A stretch of DNA of 63,583 bases, filler included, from Sphacelaria rigidula (GCA_964200075.2; 8 parts of 8 records of this genome joined end to end with filler, not necessarily neighbours in it); one strand, 5' to 3'; shown: positions 46,450 through 60,080, counted from the whole stretch's first letter. Notes: generated by a model from the sequence alone, not told the origin. Translations and numbers: made by a program.

Positions 46450-47340
46450 ATGTTGTTTTTTTCACGTAATCTGAATACCGCCCCGGTGCTGTACGATAAA
46501 CTTGGTCTTTTGTTTGCGGACAACACAGTACACAGCAGCGAAGAGAGGTTCGCCGCAGCATCACCAGAAACAAGAGCTGTTGCGACGTCCGCAAAAGCAA
46601 CAGCATCAAAGCCCAGAACATCACCGACGGCGATGACAGCGACAACAGAGGTAGCCACGGTGGCCGCAGAAGCTGCACGAACGCACTTCAGCGGAAACGG
46701 GCCTTGGTTAGCATCACCAACCGTAACAGCACGGACCTTCCCTTCGGAGCGCTGTGCCGCTAGAGAAGAATGGCAATCGCCGTGCAGCTGGTGGACCGGC
46801 GAACCGCATAACCGCCACCTCAAATTCGACAGACTGCCTCCGAAGGAAGGCATAGGAGCAAACCTCCTGAGAGTCGCGTGGGCTCTCAATCGCGCAATGC
46901 TGTTCGACCTCGAACCGGAATTTGTGGGACCGTTTCTCGCAGGCCACGGCACCGGAGATTTCGGCCAATGGTTCGGGTTAACAGAAAATCCTCTGCTGGC
47001 GGTTCGCGACCCCGAGGAATATAAACGCGCGCAGAACCAAGAGGTGCCGTTCCCGGAAGGAAATGAATTCGAGTGGTTCGACTCAGAACGAAATCGAACG
47101 TCTGTGGTGTACACTTTTGCCATAACCAAGGTTGAAAAGATCAAGGACTGGGGTTGGCCGATCTCTCCGCCGCCTGCAAATCCTGGGGTGTGTCGCTACG
47201 TTCGGCAGAGCTTGCGGGATATTTTTTGGAGCAAGCCGGGCGGGAGAGATCAGTGCCGTTCCTTCTTCGCGAAGTCTCCTGAGTTATTGGAGTTCGTTTC
47301 TGCACGGACAGGGAAAGCGGCGGCGATGGGTCACGTGAAC
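46450..47340 (+). CDS. Large exon of a host protein, possibly glycosyltransferase (fucosyltransferase)-like
   Basis: 375-aa ORF: Thr/Ala stalk, then a W/F/G-rich globular region (EGIGANLLRVAWALNRA). Boundaries uncertain; function is inference. Confidence 0.6.
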
Positions 47341-47848
47341 GGCCGCGGAGCTCACGAGGGTCGCGATATTGACGTTAGTGTTCGTTGGCAGGAGATACTT
47401 TCCATTTTTTATGCAATCGAATTTTCTTGTCACGGCGGATGCGCTGCGGGCTGGGGCGCTGCATGCCGGAGAGGAGAATATTCTTGTTTACAAAAAGATC
47501 CATGCTCAGCGGAGTCAACGCCGACGTGGCCGTGCAGTTGTTCATTTCTCACCCGATCGTCCATCGTGTTACATTGAGATCACACTCTCGTTGTCCGTTT
47601 TTAGAGATGCAGCTCGGCTCTCTGGATCCATTTTGGTTTCGGGTTGTAGTAGATCAATGCAACNNNNNNNNNNNNNNNNNNNNNNNNNNNNNNNNNNNNN
47701 NNNNNNNTTAATTAATTAANNNNNNNNNNNNNNNNNNNNNNNNNNNNNNNNNNNNNNNNNNNNCACAGAGTCGGTAAAATGCGCTGAAGAAGTATCTACG
47801 CGATCGAGGGGCATTAGGCCGACAAAACGTCATTGGGCACCATCGCTG

Positions 47849-47923
47849 GAAGTGTGGAAAATGTACTGTTTTGGGTTCGAACCTCATTTCATTGATGAAC
47901 CTCATTTTATAGAATCCTCTGTT
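47849..47923. repeat. TIR end of an AACAGAGGATTC element; inverted copy at 55549-55623
   Basis: 75-bp near-identical inverted match at both ends of the contig. Confidence 0.85.
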
Positions 47924-50843
47924 GTACGATGACTCAAAGACTGAAAATAATGCCGATTCACGAAAAGGCCCCTATGTGCATCTCCATGTCCTGTCCCCGG
48001 AGATTTGGGTTGCATAGTAAGCCCCATATATTTGGGATCCTACAAAACGAGACCCAGGAACGAAAAGTGCAACCCCTATCGTAGCATTGGTCGTTCGCAA
48101 TAGCGTTGCTCAACAGTATCCGGCTCTGATACCGTCGTTGTTCTCGGTTGTCTTGGCGCATCGCGAGGTGCCTCACGCCTCTGTTGATGCTATGTGGTTT
48201 GCTTTTGTACACCAAGAGGGCAATCTAACGCCCGCCACACGTGTCCAACCTTCTATGCCTCTGCGTTCACAACCTACGGTTGTATCCTCCGCTCATGCTC
48301 AAGGGTCTCCCGGCAAGAATTCGAGTTTATCTCGCGCTTCATGGGCCCCCGACTCGATCGCCGATTCAGTTATGCATGTTCAAAGTAACAGAGATGCATT
48401 CCGTGCGAGTTTTGATGGTTGGCCGTTTTCGGAGGAAACTTGGGATGATGTTTAGTTGACTTCAACAACGGCATTCACTACAAATGATCCCCATTTGTGG
48501 AACCCACGTCTTTCGTCTCCTGCTACACGCAACGCCTTCAGCAGTCATGCCAACAGTTGCATCAACTGTAGTGTTCAAGGCCACAGTATGCGTGATTGCC
48601 TTTGATCTCATGAGCCCTGAATTGCAAGACAACGCACCCGCGTGGCGCCTGTGGCAAACACACATGCGCGACTATTGCGCACCAAATCGAAATTGGCGTG
48701 GTAGTTCGAATCCACGTGGCCACAAAAGCTCTCATCGCGGTCGCCGATAGAGCAAAAATAATGCAAGCCCTCGCCAGAACGATCATAATTCTCGCGACAA
48801 TAAACGATCCCTAGATAGACATCAGCGGACGGGGCCGACACACAACTCGAACCCCAATATCAGAAACCCTGGTACCTTCACCACGGATCGCGTGAACCCA
48901 TGACGTGCCGCCGCTGGCGTTCTACGATCTTCCGCGCCGCCGACAGCAGTAGCGAAGATTTTTTCAACACAGCCCGCAGAGCCCGCGATTAGGATTGTTC
49001 GCCCGGCTCTCCCAGCACTATGCAGGAGCTCAACTGACGGACCCCCGTCTTCATCCCTCCACACACCGCGTAACAGTTGTGTCACCCCGCGACTCAGACC
49101 TGCACCCGGCCCTGAACTTGGTCCTTCAGCGCCGAGTACAAGTCTGAGGTGTGGGAGGACCAACCAGCAGTCCCTGAAGCAAAGGCTTTCCTCAGCGACC
49201 GCACGCACAGGTAGTAGCAAGCCTTTTTCAGCTGACCCAATTGTTGCTGATTTCAACTTGACCACATCGGATCATGCAATTCCCAATCAGTTGGATCGAG
49301 ATTCTTCCCCGCGATTTTCAACACGCGCGGACCTACCTTCGGCCGGTTCTAATAACAACCGCCCCAACATACCTCCGGCTATGACTCCCCAGCCGAGCTT
49401 GCCTACGGAAAACATCCCACAAGTTTCGCTCCGTCATGCCCCGATGCTGACACATACACTGACTGGACGCAGTCGTAGTGTCATCTCGAAACGTTTTGGA
49501 AGTTCCCCGACCATTGTCATGGCGAAAGAGAAGGCCCCGTAAGCATGCCCCCAAGGACGCGCGCGCATCATCACGTAAACGTCTTTCGAGCGGAAATCCT
49601 CGACCTCCATCTCTCCAAAATGCGACGACTTAAGCTCGACGGCTCCACCAAGTATCACGGAAGGAACTAAATCAAATGTTTCTGACGTCACTACTTCTTC
49701 AATCAACGACTCCAACCCTGCACAATCTGGATCCCCCTCGGACGGCGATCCCTGTCAGCCACAAACGATCATTTACGAAATTGCTAATGGTCGCTCCGAC
49801 AGTGCCACACCTGGAAATAATATACCGTCCACACTCTTCTCTGGTGAGAAATCTGATCCACCGGCGGATCACCCGCCGTGCGTCTCTGCTGTCAACCCCG
49901 CTGATCCTGATCTATTTACCTCGCCGGAACACGGTCCGGATCTTGTCGGCGGTAAAGTGCCTGTGGATCCGGCCACTTTCACTACACGCATTGCGATTCA
50001 CTCTGGTCCAAACGCTACCACGCCTACGAAATGCGTATCCTTGTTGGACAGCGGCAGCCCGTAAACATTTATTTAAGAATCAACATGGAAACACATGAAA
50101 CAAACTGGTGCTGCTACTGCACCTTGCGAAGCCACCACCCAACCTCGAGTATGGGGCGGTTTCGGTGATTCTGCCGCACCCCTGACAACACAAAAATATG
50201 TACGTCTGAGTGTGCAATTATCTCACAACACCACTCGTTCTGCCAGCCTGGCAGTCTGGGCATACATTGTCCCCGACAGCACAATACACCACGCCATATT
50301 ATTGGGCAGAGATAGCTATATGCGGTTTCATAAACGAACGTACCGCACGCTTCCAGCACTATCGCCACATTCCACGCCTCGTGGAGGATCCAACTCTGAG
50401 CACTTTTTGGTACTCTCCACGGCGCCCTGGCTTACCAGAAGAATACTCAAGAAACCGGAGCTGCTTACCACCTACGATTCAACGGTAGCGTTGGTATTAC
50501 ACTCGACGATCCTCAACTTTTAGAGGTTGCACAAGTTCGCCGAAATGGCATGCCAGCACTTACGGGTCATTATCTTAGCGAAATGTTACCCCATATTGGC
50601 GCACCAGCCAACACAGAACACTTTGTCTCGGCGGGACAACAACTCTTCTTTGTTACGGATCATGCTAACTTGGAACCCGGCGATATTTTAGGAATCGCCG
50701 CTGCTCCCCTGATGCACATCCCACTCGAGAGGTGCATAACAGAGCCTGCTGCACCAAACGCCACATCTGCGGCGGAGTCAGCCCATTGTGTCGATGAACC
50801 TTATTTCGACCTCGCCTCTGCGACTCCACCCTAGGTCCACACC

Positions 50844-52656
50844 GTGGATCCTGTCCAACCGAATTCCGATCCTCCTGCTGAAATGCTTCAACGCTTATCG
50901 CCAGGTTCTCGGAATAGTTTCTTGCAAATGTGGCACCAACTACCGCCACACATGCGCGACATCAATTTTGACCTTCATACGCCCTACTGGGAACCGGCAG
51001 TCATCCGAAAACTCAGTGATGTCCTGCTACAGTACCAAGACCGATTTTCCCGATCCAAGACGGATCTTGGGCATTGCAAAACGCCTCCCTTTGAGGTTAC
51101 CCTCCAACCCGGCGTCACGCCGATCTCTTCTCGGCCATACCGGACAAACCCAATCCTTACCAAGAAGGTTAACGCCATCTTGGATGCATATTGTGGAGCG
51201 GGGTTAATACAATATTGCTCCTCTCCTTGGGCCTCGCCCCTTGTGGTCGTCCCCAAAAAGGATGGAAGCATACGCATAACCGTGAGTTCCCAACGGTTGA
51301 ACCGCGTCACTGTTGTCGGTAAACTTCAAATTCCCAGCATTTATGAAGTTTCGACTCCTTAGGCGAAGGAAAAATATTCAGCACCTTCGACCTCGCCTCT
51401 GGATTCTTTCAACATGCTATTCACCCCAACACAGTCCCACTGACGACCCTTTGTACCTCGTGCGGACTCTTCGAGTGGCTTCGAATGCCACAAGGTGCTG
51501 CCACTGCCCCGGGATGTTTTCAACGCTTAATGCAACGCGTCACCAAGGGCCTCGAGCACATCATCATGTACCTGGATGACGCCATCGCTTTCAATGCCTC
51601 ACCTATTGCACATATCCGCACTTTACGAAAATTGTTTTCTCGCCTACGGACTAATGCCGAGATACCCCCCCCACAAAAAGTGCACGGGAGACCGTCCGAC
51701 AAACCGGCTGTGATCCCACTATTGGGCTCATTTGCAGCAATGTCGCCCACATGAAAGGCTTGAAGCAGTCCGAAATCAGCTATAACGCCCAAATAAGTCG
51801 CGCCGTGGAACATGAAACCAGCTCTAACGGCATTTATGATCATCGCCTCCGTGCACATTTTTGGCCGGTTTCGGGGGAGGGCTATCTCGGCAGCAGTCTA
51901 CGCACACACGATTTTAAACTGTCTCCATCCAAAGCTCGCCTTGGTACGACTGACTTGGATTTCCTGGGGCATTCCATTTCGCCAGCAGGCCTGCATCCGG
52001 ATACACACAAAGTCAAGGCGATGACTGATTTACCGATGTCGACTAACATTTCTCAGCTTTGCTCATTGTTGGGCGGACTATCCTACTACCGCACTTTTTT
52101 GCCGAATCTATCAAAACGGATCCGCCCCCTCACTGAGCTACTCAAGAAAGGAGCCGTGTTTTCCTTCACAACCGATATGAAGAATATCACCCGCGAATTA
52201 CTTAAGATGCTCACCGAAAAGCCGGTACTCTGCTTTCCTGATTGGGAGGCAGTACAAGATGGCTCCCGCATTTTCCATCTCCACACTGACGCCAGCACAA
52301 ACGGATTTGGAGGAGTTTTGAATCAACCTCAGGTTGATGGCTCCGTCCGACGCATCCTTTACATCAGCCGCGCGACCCTGCCCAACGAGGCCAATTGGAG
52401 CCCGCTAGAACTGGAAGATGGATTAATCACTTGGGCCATCCCGCGCCTTCGACAATATCTGTTTCACGTGCTCTTTGAGATTTATACGGGTCATGGAGCA
52501 CTCGAACAACTCGCCAAGGTTGGCGATTACAACCCGCGTGTACAACGATGGTTGGAGTTTCTAACAGCATACCAGTATACCATTAAGCGCCGTCCAGGCA
52601 AAACCAACAGGAACGCTGATCTTCTTTCTCGCCTACTCCTGCCGCCTACGGCCGCA
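50844..52656 (+). pseudogene. pol: RT-RNase H region of pol (frameshifted, MITE-split)
   Basis: YLDD near 51568. Removing 51649-51898 restores FSRLRTHDFKLSPSKA. Confidence 0.9.
51649..51898. mobile_element. GAC...GTC MITE (250 bp)
   Basis: TIR GACTAATGCCGAGATA / TATCTCGGCAGCAGTC; perfect TACG TSD. Confidence 0.92.
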
Positions 52657-52906
52657 GACTAATGTCGAGATAGCCCCCCCACAAGAAGTGCACCGGAGAC
52701 CGTCCGACAAATCGGCTGCGACCCCACTATTGGGCTCGTTGGCCGCAATTTCGCCCACATGAGAGGCGTGTAGCAGTCAGGAATTAGCTATGACGCCCAA
52801 ATGAGTCGCGTCATCCAGCACGGAACCAGCTCTATCGGTATTTTATTATCATCGCCTCCGTGCACCTTTTTGGCCGGTTCGGGGGGGGGCTATCTCGGCA
52901 GCAGTC
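52657..52906. mobile_element. GAC...GTC MITE (250 bp)
   Basis: Same family; perfect CGCA TSD. Confidence 0.92.
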
Positions 52907-53849
52907 CGCAGATTCCAGCCCAGCTTGCCGTTTAACGGAACCTGGTGAACCTGGAATTTCCGCGATTCAATGTTTTTCAACGCCCGTTTACGCCCTCAAC
53001 CTCCGGTGCCCAGAAACTGATATGCATATGGGAGGACCTCGCCCTCTACCGTATGACGCCGTCTTGGGTGGGTTAGCGCCCGCTACCTCTGACTCTGTCG
53101 ATTTCCGCACTGTCGGTACTCGCGCGAAGCTCTTCACGGAGACACCTTCGGTCACCCACCTAATCTGCGACAACACGCGCTCCCGGTCTGCCGCCCGCAC
53201 CACCCCGAGTGCCCCGCCGCCACCGATAACGCCGGCAAATTCCACGAGCCACGCAACACAGGTTCCACGGACCAGCACGCAACGCTCCACAAACACTTCT
53301 GCAACGTGCACTACGCGCCGCGGACAATCTTCGCCGCGCACTAAAACAGCCCCGCCGCCTATAACGGCGCCACCAACATCTACCGCTCCCGAGCATGGGA
53401 CTGACGACGTAGTTCCTCCTCCCGGGGCAGATATTGACGTCGGCACTCCTGTCCCGTCGCCTATTCTCCCGCTGCCTATCCCACCATGTTTGGTCGGCTC
53501 GCCAGCGGAAGTTCAACTGCGCGAGTTTCTCACCAGCTACTCTCACCACGATTGGGCTCGCAAACAAAACGCGTAACCGCTATGTCGCGCATTCATCCGG
53601 TACTTACAACTCGACTGTCCAGCCCCTTTTCCATCGGCCCTTCTGGCCCCGGTTGGCACACTGTCACCACGAGTTATTTCTGACGTAAACGAGCTCGTGC
53701 GTAAAGGCACCCTTTTTACTACGGATGAAGGTGTACAACTACTCGTGCGTCGCCCCAAGCCCTTGACAGGCGCAATTTCCGTCCCAACCACGGGACGCCA
53801 CGCACGACGACTCGATAACGAACCAACGCGCATATATGTCCCATTATAA

Positions 53850-55516
53850 ATGCGCTCCTGGGTCATGAAAGGCTGGCACACAGACTTGTCATGTCACCTT
53901 GGCGTCACCCGCATCCTAGCGCTCTTGGAACGCTTCCAGTGGCAGGTTGGCATGGAGCTCTATACCCGCTTCTGGATTCGGCGATGCTTCAAATGCCAAG
54001 CCCGAAAGACTTCACGGCAGACAGCACGGTGGCCCGTCATCTCTGTGGGGCTCCCCAACGAGCCAGGCCACCTTGTATCCTTTGACTACTTTGGCCCTCT
54101 AGCGACCACAAGTCGCGGCAGCACCTACATTTTACTCTCCGCTGGCCGCTTCAGCCGCCACGCGTCCATGTACGCGGTAACCGCCGCACAATTCACTGCC
54201 GCCGGAACGGCCGACATATTGGTTAACGACTACATTAAGCACTACGGTTGCCCGAAGCGACTCCTTTCAGACAATGGTCAGCAGTTTTGCTCAGATCTCT
54301 TAGACGAGTTTTACAAGCTCCTGGGCATCCGCGAAATTGCCACCAGCGCCGTCCACCCGACCGGTAACGGTGGTACCGAAAGAGTTAATCACACCATGCC
54401 CCAGATGCTCTCTGTGGTTGTCAATGACCGCCAAAATGACCGGGACCTACATCTCTCGCACATAATGTTGTCCTACAACAACTCGGTTAACGCTGCCACA
54501 GGCCTTTCTCCGAACGAACTTCATCTTAGACGTTACCCTTGGCTGCCCATCACCGTGTTTGAGCGACACATGTTCGATGGCCACCAAGGATTGGATCAGG
54601 ATCAGATATCCTATCTCGAGCTCGCGCATTCACCACAACCCAAAGCGTTTACCCTCGTGCGCGAAAAACATGATATCAACGCCTCGCGCCTGGAGAGATC
54701 TAACACTGCTCTCTACAACCTCATGCACAAGCGCCCCAACTGGAAAGTTGATGATTGGGTTTGGATCTACAACAGTTTGTCGACCATCCGCCAAGGCACC
54801 AGCAAGGCAGCCAACGAAACAATTTTCAAGACAAATGTGTCCCTCAATGGGACAGGACCATTCAAGACCCTGACAGTCGGATCGTCGCCATCATCACCGG
54901 ATAATAAACCCGTTGGTGACATACTGCTCTATGTCGACTTGCCTCGCGACTTCCAGGGCAAAGACACCAAATCCCGCGTCTCCGTGCACAGACGCAAACC
55001 CTGCACGAACCCGCATGATACAAGCGACATGCTCAAGTACCTGCCTGCCGGACTCACCCAGTATGTTCTCAACAGCTACTCTGTCATGCGTAAGAGGACC
55101 GCGTGCTTAGAGGACCGCGCCGTAGTTCAAAATACCTCAGGATCGACGTTTTTCAAAACCAATCGGGCCAGTCCCTGCAGGTACCACGCCCCTGGCTATA
55201 ACCCTAACATAAACCTTGACCCTAGCCCTAACCATAGGGATGTTCGAATTCCGCTACGGTCCTCTAAGCACGCGGTCCTCTCACGCATTACGCCTCGACC
55301 AAGTCCCCACCCTACCACGTTACCAACGACGACGTGACGGAACAGCCCCTCCGATTGACCGTGTCCTCCATCTCCGGCCACCAGATGAACCGTGGTCGAG
55401 GTGGCAAAACTGCTGTCATGTATAAGACCCACTGGCACGGTCTCCGAAGAGCGTCTTGGGAACGCCAATCCGACCTTCAATTGCACCGCCGTGCAATCCT
55501 CCTGTACTGGAGGTAA
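53850..55516 (+). pseudogene. pol: Integrase plus C-terminal chromodomain
   Basis: HHCC zinc finger and DDE core. After MITE removal: NSYSTKSPPYHVT...VSSISGH...MYKTHWHG...SWERQSDL...ILLYW. Confidence 0.85.
55082..55292 (+). mobile_element. Telomere-repeat MITE in Gypsy pol
   Basis: Near-identical to 8510-8726; TSD ACTC/CCTC. Confidence 0.9.
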
Positions 55517-56332
55517 TCTCAACGTCAGCATCTTGCTCACAACAAGAAACAGAGGATTCTATAAAATGAGGTTCATCAATGAAATGAGGTTCGAGCCCAA
55601 AACAGTACATTCTCCACACTTCCNNNNNNNNNNNNNNNNNNNNNNNNNNNNNNNNNNNNNNNNNNNNTTAATTAATTAANNNNNNNNNNNNNNNNNNNNN
55701 NNNNNNNNNNNNNNNNNNNNNNNAGGAAGGGGAGGGGTTCAAAGTGTGAGGAAATATATATATATATATATACATATATATATCGTATTCTGAGCGTGTG
55801 CACATCTCAGAATCGACAAAAAAATTATGCATGGATGGCTTTCAGCGGTTGCAGGAATCATTGTTGAGGACACAGGGCTCCCTTGTTCTTTTTTCAGGGG
55901 TTGAGTAGGACAGAACCAGAGCAGATGAAGACTTCGAGGCGTTGTCAAAAGCCTGCGGGTTTAGAAGGTCGAGCAGGTGCAGGTGTTCCTACGAGTGTGA
56001 AACAACAACTTTCCCGAACGTTATGCGACATTCTGCTCCTGCCTCAAAAAAAAAGTTCCCAAGCGTTGCCAGTTAATCTGCTTGTGCAGAGCAAGTTCCT
56101 CAAACAGTTACAGGTATCCTGCTTATTCGTATTAGTTTGAGAGAACAGAACTCTGCAAAGCTGTTGTCAGGTATTCCTCCAGTTCAGAATACTTTCTCGA
56201 ACGCTGGCGGAACACTTGATTCATGTAGAGCATGCACACCCAGGATGATGACAATGGATTGCATCGTAAAAATACGTACTGCGTACGATATGGAGTCTGT
56301 TATCTATTGCAACAGACGCAATCGTCGATATT

Positions 56333-56789
56333 AGAGAGTTTCGGAAAACGATTTTTCGTCATTTCAGAGTGCAAATATCTCAGGACCAGAGTGCAGAATG
56401 AAAAAAAAACACTTCGTCGGAAAAAAGTTGAGGAGATACCACGTTTGACGGAGAGGAAAATCGACTGCTGCCGAGATAGCCCCCCTCCCGAACCGGCCAA
56501 AAAAGTGCACAGGGACGATGATCATAAATGCCATTAGAGCTGGTTTTGTGCTGCACGACGCGACTCATCTGGGCCTTACAGTTGATTTTGGACTGCTACA
56601 CGCCTCTCATGTGGGCGAAATTGCTGCAAACGAGCCCAGTAGTGGGATCGCAGCCGGTTCTCCGGACGGTCTCTGGTGCACTTTTTGTGGGGGGGCTATC
56701 TCGGCATTAGTCAATCATTTTTCGTTACCCTCTGATCCTGAGATATTCGCACTCTGAAATGACAAAAAAGCGTTTTCCGAAATTCTCTT
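56333..56789. mobile_element. TIR MITE hosting a GAC...GTC MITE (56463-56712, TSD AATC)
   Basis: About 65-bp outer TIRs; the inner copy is reversed and has a perfect TSD. Confidence 0.85.
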
Positions 56790-57202
56790 TTAGACGCAGC
56801 ACACATTTTGACAATTTAGTTAATTGTCATCATCCAGGTTGTGAGAGCATGGTAATTGTCATAATCAAATACCTGGAGCAGGCCGAATTTGTTCTGTCCT
56901 CCTGTAGTGCGTGTAAATTTGTCGTTAAAATTCTAGGCCAATGAGCACGAACAAACAGGCGGCTACCGAATGAGTGGCGTGATCTATTATGCACCCTGCA
57001 GCGGTACAACAGTTCGACATAGGCATGGTGTGCTCAGTGACGATACTACGGTCCACAGTTGAATTTTTATCGGGAGCAGTTCATGGTAAAGAATTTTGTT
57101 TTAGACTGTCTAAAAAATACCACACCCTGGGCAACATGTGGTGAAGAGTTCCAGTAGAAAAACATATACACCGCGTAGAGTGTAGGCCTATTGCAACTAT
57201 TG

Positions 57203-57383
57203 TACACTCTGGATGGACACTATATGGTCAATAGGCGCAATAGACGAAATATGTACCGGGTGAAGTATAGACCTCTTGCAACAATTGCCGATCGACAATG
57301 GTTGCAATATGCCTGTACTTTATCCTGTACACTTCTTGCGTATTGCATCTATTGACCATGTATTATCATTGTCCGAGGTGTGA
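57203..57383. mobile_element. Degenerate MITE; related copy at about 62735-62888
   Basis: ACACTCTGGA...GTCC(A/G)..TGTGAA ends and shared internal GTGAAGTATAG..CCTCTTGCAA. Confidence 0.5.
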
Positions 57384-57700
57384 ACTTATCGTCTCGGTCC
57401 GACAATAGCAGCAATAGGCCTATACTTTGCGCAGTACGTTCTTCTTCTAGTGCAACTATTGACCACGTATTCTCTAGCGTGTGAAAAGTATAGTATGTAT
57501 TTAGGCAGTTACATTGTATGGTGTGATCTAGGTGCAGCATAGCTAGGCGGTCAGAGTAGAATGCACAATAATTAGGACCAAAACCCGTGCCTAGTGGCTT
57601 TCTCACAGAAGCTACGGTAGTCGTGTGGAAACATGCAAGAGTGTGTTGGGTAGGGTACAATATGTTCTACATTTGGATATTTCGAAAAATCGTGATCTAA

Positions 57701-58194
57701 GGCCGGATGTTATGGCACACAGATTTTTGGCCCACGGATTGTTCACTTTTGGGACGTTTGNNNNNNNNNNTGAGCCACTTTTTGACCCCTAAACAGGGAA
57801 AATCGCCAACACACGTCTTGGACACTTTGCATCACCCCACAGAGAGGAATCTAGCTCACTTTTCAATTTCGCTCGGCTCCAAGGTTTCTAGATTGGCCGC
57901 TGAACAACAGTCCGTGTGCAATAAAATCTGAGGCGATCCCCACAGATTATAGGGCAAACTGGCGGGGGTCGGCAAGCACAGATTTTTGTACACGAATTAT
58001 TGTTCAGCGGCCAATCTCGGAACCTCGGAGCCAAGCGAATCTGAAAAGCAGACAAGGCTCCTCTCTGTGGGGTGATACAAAGTGTCCAAGACGTGTGTTG
58101 GCGATTTTCCCTGTTTGGGGTCAAAAAGTGGATCAAACGCCCCACATTTGAACAATCCGTGGGGAAAAAAAATTGTGTGCCATAACATCCGGCC
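57701..58194. mobile_element. Foldback Harbinger/Tourist-like MITE
   Basis: About 225-bp inverted arms, GGCC termini, perfect TAA TSD; contains a 10-N gap. Confidence 0.85.
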
Positions 58195-58670
58195 TAAGCA
58201 CCCAAACTTTGAGTGGAGCATCGAGATCGTACTCAACAATACCCAGATGATGGGTAGAGTAAAACGATCGTGCCTGACCTTCCCCAATGGTTAGGTAAAT
58301 TTTGGAGATCGGACCCTTACAACACAACGTTCGGGAGAGTAAATACCCGGGTATTTACCCTACTATACCCGACACACCCTTGAAAACATGAACAACGGCC
58401 GACGCCTCCGACCAGCCGCTTGGCATCATGACGCGTACCCAGAACAGAGGGCCATAATTTTCGAGACAGTAGGAACGTGCTATGCCTCAGCAATTTGGAA
58501 CTCTCTGTCCAACGAACACGGCTTTCCTCCCTCTTTATCAGGGGATTACGCTCACCCCTGACGTGTTTCACAGATGGTTTATGGGGTCTTGATTAGCAAC
58601 GCGCCCTCAGGCGCTGAGTGATGCACCCTTAAGCAGGAACACGATGGTTCCCTCCCGAATCTTCATCTTC

Positions 58671-58881
58671 CAAGGGCAGGTCGAGTAGAGTATACTCAAT
58701 TGCGGGGTATTTTGAAAATACGTACTTGAGGTACTCAAATTAGGTTAGAGTGTCAGGAGTCGTACTCCAAAAAATAACTGGAAATCGATCTCTAAAAAAA
58801 CACTACCCCCAATTTGTGTCCTTCAAGTACGACTTTTCAAATTACCCCGCAATCGAGTATACTCTACTCGACCTGCCCTTG
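58671..58881. mobile_element. MITE (211 bp)
   Basis: About 60-bp TIR CAAGGGCAGGTCGAGTAGAGTATACTC. Confidence 0.8.
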
Positions 58882-59924
58882 AAATCTTCATACAACGGAA
58901 GCTTGAATTCACATGAGTAGCGCATACGTGTGTACTGTAGTTGCACCGCATATTATATCCCCATCATATGCATCAGTGAGAGAAACACGCTCACAATAGT
59001 AGCACGGACATCAGCAACGGGTCGTATACCGGGTCGTATACCATGTAAAAGGACGACGCCGACCATTGGCTAGATTATCGCGTATGGATCAATCCACTTG
59101 TGAAATATTTTGGGCAAGAAAACTGCACACATGTGCTTTCAAACGCTTTTTTTATTCTACTTTTCCCCCCAATCCAGCCTTTTTTTCTTCTTGTAGTATA
59201 GCCCTGACTTTTGCCCTGGCAGAGAAACCCATACGCCTCAAAAGAAGCCGCTCACGGCTCGGTAGTATTCGAGATATCTGCTTCGTAACGTTCGATGTTT
59301 GGACTGAGTTAGGCTGTTACCGGGTCAGGAGTAGCGCCACGGTAGGGGTATACGAAAGTTTCCTCAGGTCCGAATCGATATGAGTGCTTCATCTCATCCA
59401 AAACTGGCTGACGAAAATGTGTAAGAGCATGGCACGATTATCATTCAAATGGGCTAGCTTTTACAGCAATGTCCCGAATGAGTGTTACAACGGGCATGTC
59501 CTACCCACATTCTTGTGCAGCTCCTAACTTTAGGAGCCATTCATTGACGAAGCCCTGGGGCATAATATACGAACTCCGACCGTGTCATCACTGTCAAACG
59601 ACTCGTGGAAACACGGAGAGACGGAAGGGACTAACGAAACATTGACCAAATAAAAGAGCGCATGAGCATCCTACTCTGGGCACAAGCAAAAGTTCGGCAC
59701 TATTGTAGACGGCCATGCTCCATGTGCTACCTTCGCATGTTGCGTGTCATAGTGTTGTGGCTCCGGCGGCGTGCATGGTTATTACGTTGTTCCAGATAAT
59801 TGGAACCAGCCACTGGAGGACGAATAGCACGACTATTATTTTTTCTGGAGCCACTTCATGGTTGAATACCACTCCCTGAGTCACATTTTTTTTCTCTTCT
59901 GACTACGAGGAAAATTGAAATGAG

Positions 59925-59942
59925 TTGTCGTTGTCGTTGTCG

Positions 59943-59985
<43 letters not shown>

Positions 59986-60080
59986 CTTCACAGCAAGAGC
60001 CGTTCCGATATCTGCGCAGTACTCCGTACTGGGCATCTGATGCGGACGCCTTCCGTTACAACCACGCACACCGCACATCA
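59925..60080 (-). mobile_element. Retroelement 3' end with a long (CAA)n tail
   Basis: (GTT)n at 59925-59984 joined to sequence shared with 3535-3625. Confidence 0.6.

Larger units (their letters stand above)
48093..55545 (+). mobile_element. Decayed Ty3/Gypsy element, second copy: gag-PR-RT-RH-IN-chromodomain
   Basis: LLDSGSP (50041), PWASPLVVVPKKDG, MPQGA, IMYLDDA, FHLHTDAS, NADLLSR, H-x5-H...CFKC, SFDYFGP, LLSDNG, GGTERVNH. Gypsy domain order; three MITE insertions. Confidence 0.95.

Noticed and set aside
47849-55623. Composite transposon carrying the Gypsy between 75-bp inverted repeats
   Set aside because: The element termini face the Gypsy, so these are more simply the ends of two separate MITE copies at which the assembly broke.
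55898-56113. Possible exon GLSRTEPEQ...FLKQLQ
   Set aside because: Splice signals are plausible, but there is no recognisable homology or confirmed partner exon.
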